64,000 nt of DNA from the human T2T-CHM13v2.0 reference genome, Homo sapiens. The stretch lies in assembly GCF_009914755.1 (NCBI RefSeq), contig NC_060932.1; one strand, 5' to 3'. This document shows, piece after piece, positions 56,620 through 64,000 of the stretch (the stretch's first letter is position 1; every line of letters starts with the position of its first letter). Below the pieces are notes generated by a model. That model was not told the DNA's origin. It worked only from the letters and a program-made list of their open reading frames with translations, and ran no database searches. Position numbers and translations under genes: made by a program.

Positions 56620-57394
56620 CTGTAAAAAAGGGAAAACTATTAATATATTGGAACAAACAGCCAAAGATTTTTTATTTTAAAATAACTTGTGCCTGGCCAC
56701 TTTCTAAACCCATCTCACCCTTAACTCTAAAGAACTATAAGGATATCCAACGCTTTTCATACTTAACGAAAGTTACATTAGTTTTCCTTCCTTACATGAG
56801 AGTAATGAACTTCTGTAGTTTATTAAAAAGCCTACTAGTTGAATGTCACCACTACTCCCAGAAGTGAGTTGCATTTAACCAATGTAGAACTATGGAGACC
56901 AGAAGACCAAACGTTTAGACCGAACTAATATGTAGCAAATAGAAAAGAAAGTCAAAAAACACAGTAACTTCTCAGTATAAATACGATCATACATAAAGGC
57001 AACTGGTCTAAGTTCATGGGTGTAGTGTGCACAGAGGCAGCTTCAAAAGAATCAACCCAATATGCTAGAAATAGAAATGCAAAGTTGGATAAGGGAAGCC
57101 GAGAAATACACGACCTGCTCACAGGCAGGTTCAGCTGCCAAGACTAAAAAAAGTTAATAAACATCACCCCCTCCCCCCGCTTCTCTGAAAGGCTGGGCCC
57201 GCAGGGACTCTACTAGATGGCAAAGAGCCTGGAAGGGCTTTCTAAAGTAAACACGTAGGGCCGGGCTATGTTCTGGATAAGCCACAGCAACGAGGCTGCA
57301 ACGCTGAGCGCTATATCAAAAGGTAGCTTCCAACACACTCAAAGGTCCCGGACAAGCTTTCCTCCAAGCCAGAGGCGCTGCCTCCATCACTCAC

Positions 57395-57492
57395 CGCATT
57401 TCCCCATCCAGCGCCTGGATAACAGCTGCGAAACTGCGACTGGTCTGATTGAGATACTTGTAGCAAGTTTTCAGGCTGCTGCTGAGCGAGTC
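57395..57492 (-). CDS. FDFT1: Squalene synthase coding exon 2
   Basis: DSLSSSLKTCYKYLNQTSRSFAAVIQALDGEM(R); 98 nt; cAG and GTGAGT boundaries. Confidence 0.98.
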
Positions 57493-57762
57493 CTGCGGGC
57501 AGACAACACACACGGCGGTGGGAGACGTCGAGGAGCAGGAGTGGGAGTGGGAGTGGGAGTGGGAGTGGGACTGGGGCAGGCGGCTCCACAGCCTGCCGCC
57601 CTCTCCCCGAGGCCAGTCCTTGCAGGGCCAGGCGGCAGGAGGCAAGCAGCAGCCCCGCGGGGCGGTGCCTGCGCCCGGGCCCCTGGGCGCCGCGGCGGGA
57701 CTCAGCACCAAGGTGCGCTTGAAGAGGGCCATGGCCTTGGTGCCGCAGGCGGCTGCGGCCAT
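57493..57762 (-). CDS. FDFT1: Alternative in-frame 5' extension of FDFT1 exon 2 (90-aa alternative N-terminus with Ser-His repeat)
   Basis: Open frame from ATG at 57762 (second ATG at 57732 in a GCCATGG context) is continuous with exon 2 and lies in a CpG island. Confidence 0.6.
57539..57574 (+). repeat. (GAGTGG)5 hexamer repeat; (TCCCAC)n on the FDFT1 strand encodes SHSHSHSHSH
   Basis: Five perfect units at 57539-57568 plus a degenerate GACTGG unit. Confidence 0.95.
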
Positions 57763-58024
57763 GGGAATCGCGGACCCCGCGGAGTTTTTCCTCCATAGAC
57801 TCAAGCAGATCTGGGAAGCGCCCGACGAGGGGCGGGACGGGCTCGCCCTCTACTCGAATACGCGCTGGGCCGACCCACAACGGGCCCGCCCCGCAGCCCC
57901 GCAGCCCCGCCCCCGGCCTCCCGCTCCGCACCGGCGCCTCCTCCCGCTGTTGCCCTTCTCACCAGAACCCACTGGCCGCTAAGGGAACCCAGCGCACTTC
58001 CGAGCGGCTCGCTCGTCCTCCCAG

Positions 58025-58469
58025 TGACAGAGTCTCCCTAGACCAAACTCTACTCGGGCTCCGCTGAAATCCTCTTCCCAATAAGGCCTGGACTTTGTAC
58101 TCAACGCATCTGTCTTTGCATCGCCCAGTTTTACCAAGAATCCTGCTAAATTGATTTGACCAGAATCCCCCAACTTCAGTATCTGATCACCCTAGACAGC
58201 CGATTAGGTTCCACATCCCCCTCCATCCCTCAGGTGATGTCTGATAACTCTGGCCTGCCTTCAGCAAGAACGCACACCCCTGTGTTTCCTCGTAATAATT
58301 TTCCATCCACTGACATCCGGCTCCCCCGCCATCAATTCCTACTTTTCTTTGTATTCGCAGTGGAGCAGTTCTGTACCGAGGTCTCTCTCCTCTTACTGCA
58401 GTAGTTTTTCTGAATAAAATCTGTTTTGCCGTTTTACTACCACTGTCCAACCCTGGTTTTTCTATGACA
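58025..58469 (+). mobile_element. ERV1-class solo LTR (MER31-like)
   Basis: TG...CA termini, internal AATAAA near 58413, and similarity to the recalled MER31 consensus (CAAGAATCCTGCTAA, GGTGATGTCTGAT, TTTTCCATCCACTGAC). Confidence 0.7.
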
Positions 58470-58817
58470 CCTATTAAGCCTCTACTATTCTCTAGAAAGC
58501 CAGCCATTCCTTTCAAGATGTCTTCTCATCTTTCCCTTCGAAATTAATGCAATGCAGCGCACTGACCTTTACTCTTCCCTAAAGCAAACAAGGACTGTGT
58601 TTTTCCAAAAGGGAGAAAAAGCCTGATTTTAAATGCAAGCATATCAGAAAGAGTTGCTGTTTGTACTATGTATTTTTTCATGGACTATTTTTTAGAGCAG
58701 TTTTAGGCCCACAGGGAGTGGAAAATACGGCGGGTTCCTATTTGTCCCTTCCCTCCCCTCACCCCCCAGTCTCACAACAGTTCTTTTTGGGAGAGACTGG
58801 AATCATTTATCCAACAG

Positions 58818-61682
58818 GGCCGGGTGCAGTGGCGCACGCCTATAATCCCTGCACTTCGGAAGGCCAAGGTGGGAGAATCACTTGAGCCCAGGAGTTTGAG
58901 GGCAGCCTGGGCAACATAGTGAGACCTCGTGTTCATAAAAAAGTTTTTAAAAAATTTTTTAAAAAGCCAGGTGTGGTGGCGCCCACCTATAGTCTAGCTA
59001 CTGAAGACTAGCTACTCAGGAGGCTGAGGTGGGAGGATCGCTTGAGCCCAGGAGATACACGTTACAGTGAACTATGATATTGTACACTGCAGAGTGGGAC
59101 CCCATCTCAAAAAAATAAAAAACAAATATCCAATAGGAGTGGTTAAAAAAATATGGCATATCCACTTCTAGGAAATTCCATAGTCACTTCAGAATGGTAA
59201 CAGTGAACCCTGGGCTCTGGTGGGAGGTTTAAGTGAACTATGTTGTTTTTATTTGTATATATTTCCTATCATGAATACGTATTTTGCCAAAAGGGTCAAT
59301 CTTTTAAATCACATAATCCTGAAAAAGTCATTTTATTGCCATAAAAAATATTAGTAAAAACAAGTATTTACTGGGCACCATAATATTAGTAAACTTCAGC
59401 GTCTGGCACATAAATATATTCAGAAGTGGTGTCATGAATAAATGAAGACATTCATCGAGGATTTTAAAACAATTCACCAACTCCTTCCTTCTCAAAATAT
59501 CGAGAGGCAGGATTTCAGAGTGAAAGAAACAGAATACCCGCTCTGGACTGAGCTCCAGAGCAGCTCTTCACATAGCCTGACCATTACCAGGCTACAGCAG
59601 GAAGTGTTTTTAACTGCACTGCCAAATGTCATGTTCAGTCCAACTAACAGTTTCGGGGTGATGTTAAGCCAGGAGTTTCAATCAATGCCAAGACACGGTC
59701 CCCCTAGATTTAAACCCCAACACTCTTCAAGAACACTACCCCTCCTTTCCATACAGCCCTCCATTCTGAAAGAGAGCAAGCCAAGCCACTTACTCCTCCA
59801 GCTCGTACCCCTGCTGCTCTTTTTCCTGTCACCTATTTGTTTCAGTCCCTTACCTTGTAAACAGGTTTCTTCAAATCACCAAGAACAAAACAGGAAGACA
59901 CAACTAGTAAGCATACTATGGAAAACAACACTCACTAAAAATTTCTACTGCTTGATTCCCATGAGCCAGGGGAGAAAGCAAGCTCAGGCTACTGGTGCCT
60001 GTCCCTCTTGGGTTTATCTATTGCAATCTGAGATTCAGCACACTCCCAAAAGCTCGCAAGCGGGAGAAAAACAGGGATGGAGGGAATTTAGAGGAAGGGT
60101 GTGGGGGTGGTCAGGAAGACGACAAGACCAGACTCCCAGGAAGGGGCTCCAGCCTCAGGCTGAAAGTTCCACAAGTGAACAGCTACCAGCTACCAGCCCT
60201 CCACGGAGCCTTCCTCACTTTAAAATAGAATAGATTTCTCCAGGAGGGGAAAAAAACCACAAACTTGAGAACTGAATTTACATAAATTTACATAATCAGA
60301 TTGATAACCACCATTTATCAAGCACTTAACTCCATGCCAAGCACAATGCGGACATCACCTGTGATCCTTACTCAATCAACCCTTTAAGGTCTCACAGGCC
60401 CATAGTCCACTGAAACATCTGTGGCAAGACCTGGGGCAGAATTTAGCATTTTTAGTGTTTTAGAAAATAGGCAATAAAATGCATATACAACCCTAGTCAG
60501 TATGAAGTAGCACCTCATAATTATTTCTTTAGCAAAACATTTGAATATACTAAGTGGGATGAATGAAGCCTCAACTTCAAGTCAGGTTTTGCTGCCAAGT
60601 GATTCTGAGCCAAACTCACAAAAAATTCTTTTCAGACCATCTTAGAGTTGGGAAGTTGTGGTTAAAAAATCGTTACCATACATACATCCCTATTTTACAG
60701 ATGAAGTAACTGTGGTTCAGAGGTTAAGTTACCAAGGTTGTTCACCTAACTTAATAGCGTCAGAAATCGGACTTAATAACAGACTTAAGATATTAGTCTA
60801 AATAACAGGATTTAGATTGGACAGGAGCCAGATCTGCCTGATTACTAACAGCCTGCTCTTTCCATTACTCTCGGCTTTTGGGTGATGCCACACAACTTGC
60901 AGGTGGCATATGCCCGTAGATTTACTGATATGCACCTAAAAATTCAGTGTAAATCAAGTTTACTAAACCCTGAAATTCTATAGCCAAATGCTTCTGTGAT
61001 AGAAATAATCAGCCCTCAATATCTGCTAAGCGTAAATTTTTTCCCTAGTTTGCAGAGAGAAACTGGTTGGGTGCAGTGGCTCACACCTGTAATCCCAGCA
61101 CTTTGAAGGCTGAGGTGGGAAAATCGCTTGAGCTCAGGAGTTCAAGACCAGCCTGGGCAATGCAGCGAGACATTGTGTCTACAAAAAAAATTTAAAAATT
61201 AGCCATGCATTGGTGACACGTGCCTGGAGTCCCAGCTACTCAGGATCAGGAAGCCGAGGTGGGAGGATGGCTTCAGCCAAGGAAGTCAAAACTGGAGTGA
61301 GTCATGTTCAGGCCACAGCATTCTAGCCTGGACGATGGAGTGAGACCCCCCCCCTCAAAAAAAAAAAAAAAAAGGCCGGGTGCAGTGGCTCACGCCTGTA
61401 ATCCTAGCACTTTGGGAGACCAAGGCGAGCAGATCACTTGAGGTCAAGAGTTCAAAACCAGCCTCGCCAACATGGTGAAACCCCGTCTCTACTAAAAATA
61501 CCAAAAAATCAGCCGGGCGTAGTGGCAGGTGCCTGTAATCCCAGCTACTCAGCAGGCTGAGGCAGGAGAATTGCTTGAACCCAGGAGGCGGAGGCTGCAT
61601 CTAGCTGAGGTCCCGCCACCACTGCACTCCAGCCTGGGTAACAGAGCAAGACTCCATCTCAAAAAAAAAAAAAAAAAAAAAA
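58818..61682 (+). repeat. Alus in FDFT1 intron 1 (about 58818-59120, 61066-61372, 61373-61682)
   Basis: Alu consensus matches with A-tails. Confidence 0.88.
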
Positions 61683-63351
61683 GAGAAACTAAGATAATGT
61701 TAAGTGAAGGGAAATGTATTTTTCCAATTTATTTCCCCTAATTAAAGGTTCAGGTATTTTTTTAACGGCTCATGGGGATGTAAAAACTGCCCAGAAAGAC
61801 TACAACTAACATAACAAATACTGCACCATATTATCAGAGCTAGAATAGCTCAAGTCTCGCTTTTAAAAAAATTCAAAATGTACAAAAACAGTATACTGTG
61901 AAGTCTTTCTCTACCCACTTACCATGACCACCCACTTTCCCTCCCAACAGGAAACCAATGCTACCATTTTCTCTAACAGTCTTTCTGTAGAAAGGAAAGA
62001 GACATAGAGGAATGAAGTCTGGACCCAAATGAGGTCTGACTGCACTCAGATCCCTTGCCCTCCTAGTATCTTCCTCTGCAGTGCTTTTCTCCACGTGAAA
62101 AACTGTACATTCGCTTTTTTAAATTGTCTCTCTTCCACTAAAAAGTAAGTTTTATAAAATCAAGGTCTTCACCTAGCTTGTTCACTGTTGTACCTCCAGC
62201 ACCTAGAACACTATCTGATATACAACTGGTCGTCAAATATTTGTTAAATAAATGAATGCTATATCTAAATATAAAAAGTGACATCTGCCATATCAAATAA
62301 TAGAAGTTATTCTGTAGCAAAATAATTCAAATAATGTAGCACCGGCAAAGAAAAGATGAAGAAAACTGAATGTTCTACAAATAGACTGAAGGATGTACCT
62401 GTATTAAAGATAGCACGTGAAAAATAACACCAAATGAGGGTGTAGTCTACTGGGGACAAAAACCAGAAATTTATTTTCTAGTGTGTTTACTGAAGCACAT
62501 GGACACTGAAAGAAAGACTCCGATGTTCAGGCACCTATCAAGCCTCGGCCTGAGTCACATTTGCTACTGTCCTGTTGGCCCAAAAAAGTTACAGAAATCA
62601 GCCAGGCTGGTCCAGACCAGAAGAACTTGGCTGAATTTGTCTATTCATTCAATAATCGCGTACGAATAATTTTCTTGTTGGAATAAAAACACCTCCTATG
62701 CATTCATTAAACAAATAGTACAGGCATGAGGCAGATAAAAATCTAAGTAAAACCAAGTTCTGACCTTCCACCAACCACCTAGCTAATCCATAGACGTTAG
62801 ATAACTCATTGGAACTTGGAAGCGTAGATAGGCGATTTTAAAACTCAGGAAGCACCGAGGATGAAGCGATGGAAGGCAGCAAGGCGGGGAGAGCTCCGGA
62901 AGAGGTGGTGAAACTGGAGGAGTCAGACTTCATTCCAGAAACGGCCTTCATGTGATGTTATCTGCATAGTTCATTCCGCTTACCAAAAAACTCACTCGTC
63001 CTCTCCCGCGTAACCCACCCACATTGCCTCAGATGTGTAACCCTCGGGTTAAAATACCGGTAAGCGCCGATGCTCACGGAGGGGACGAAACGGGGAGCGC
63101 AACCACCGGGAACCACGCAAAAGTCGCTCATGCCCAGGGCGGCTTGCGGGGGCAGGGACAGGTCAGCCAGGACGGCCGCGTCCACCCGGGCCCTACAGGG
63201 GGAAGGCTCGAGGAAAGGGGGACGGGAACACCCAGGCGTCGGCCCTGCTCGCCGCGCCCCTTGCCCCAGATCCGGGCCCGGCCGCTCAGGCCCTGAGGCC
63301 GGCCCAGCGAGCTCCTTCCCCGCCCCGGGCAAGCAGGGAGGCTCGGCCCAC

Positions 63352-63450
63352 CTGGTCCATCTTGGGCATCACCTTCCGCTTGCCCCCGATCCGGAAGCGC
63401 ACCAGGTTGTAGAACTCTTCGGGGTGGCCGAGGCATTTCACGAACTCCAT
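63352..63450 (-). CDS. FDFT1: Squalene synthase coding exon 1 (aa 1-33)
   Basis: Reverse strand reads MEFVKCLGHPEEFYNLVRFRIGGKRKVMPKMDQ; donor GTGGGC at 63351; 99 nt. Confidence 0.98.
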
Positions 63451-63639
63451 CCTGGCGCAGGCGGCGGACTCCCGGGCGCGACTCTCACCTCTGCGGTCCC
63501 CAGGCGCTCACCGGCCGGCTGGACCTGTGGAGTAGGTGCTTCGAGGGGCTGGCCGGACAGGGGGCAGGCCTAGTACGGCGACGCCCCGCCCGCCGCTCCG
63601 CCCACTTCAACCGGCCTCGGCCGGCAGCGGGGCTAGCTG

Positions 63640-63790
63640 CGGCCTCGTGGGGTGGGCTGACGGGCGCTGATTGGCCAGGGCCGCTCACACTAGGAAGACC
63701 CCGGCCAATCAGTCGCGGAAGGAGACTGGCGTGATAACACCCTAGAAGCTCATTGGAGGCCGAGAAAGAGGCCGACGAGCGGGATTGGTG
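63640..63790 (-). promoter_or_regulatory. FDFT1: FDFT1 sterol-regulated promoter: SREBP sites with NF-Y CCAAT boxes
   Basis: ATCACGCCAG on - (63726-63735); inverted SRE-3-like CTCACACTAG (63684-63693); SRE-1-like CCCACCCCAC on - (63647-63656); CCAAT/ATTGG at 63670, 63705, 63752 and 63784. This is the standard SREBP/NF-Y layout of cholesterol-pathway genes. Confidence 0.85.
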
Positions 63791-64000
63791 CCCTGATGGA
63801 GCCGGGCCTTTGTTTTCTTCCGCTTACCCCGGCTGGGAGCGCGAACGCTGTGGGGACTGGAGGTGAGGCGGTGGGGCTTAGGATGCGCAGGAGCCCAACG
63901 GTGGTCCGCAGTCGGGAGAGCAGTGCGGGGCTGCTTCCTCCCCACTTGGTCAATAAGTCGCCCACGTGTCCGGCCTCGGTGGCTCCTGCCAGCCGGGTGA

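Larger units (their letters stand above)
57480..58020. promoter_or_regulatory. FDFT1: Intragenic CpG island, probable internal FDFT1 promoter upstream of exon 2
   Basis: CpG-dense with GC boxes (GGGGCGG, CCCGCCCC); overlaps the alternative N-terminal ORF. Confidence 0.75.
62990..64000. promoter_or_regulatory. FDFT1: CpG island over the FDFT1 promoter and exon 1
   Basis: Visibly GC- and CpG-rich relative to flanks; boundaries approximate. Confidence 0.9.

Noticed and set aside
57518-57982. Plus-strand ORFs with WEWEWE or GVGVGV tracts
   Set aside because: Other frames of the hexamer repeat within a stop-poor CpG island.

Overview
Human-type genomic DNA from the CTSB/FDFT1 locus (8p23.1), with two genes arranged tail-to-tail. 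CTSB (cathepsin B) is on the + strand: alternative 5'UTR exons at about 1.8 and 4.8 kb, nine coding exons from 12847 to 21190 that splice to an intact 339-aa preproenzyme, and two poly(A) signals; its first exon appears to lie upstream of the window. FDFT1 (squalene synthase) is on the - strand: SRE/CCAAT CpG-island promoter at about 63.5-63.9 kb, eight coding exons from 63450 to 27699 giving 417 aa, and an internal CpG island with an extended exon-2 isoform. Introns hold more than 40 Alus, one full-length decayed L1PA with TSDs inserted into an L2, a MER31-type solo LTR and several DNA-transposon MITEs (MER85, MER1, MER58, MER20, Tigger3). The haplotype carries CTSB Val26 and Gly53. I see no wholly new gene system here. 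The best new hypotheses are: (i) Gly53 creates an optimal Kozak context and a Gly N-terminus for the Met52-initiated truncated cathepsin B; (ii) the L1 antisense promoter/donor is in frame with FDFT1 exon 4; (iii) an Alu monomer captured 32 nt of nearby intron inside its TSDs; (iv) the Alu-derived CTSB exon carries a start-stop uORF. Repeat subfamily names and literature or reference-allele comparisons are from recall, not from a search.
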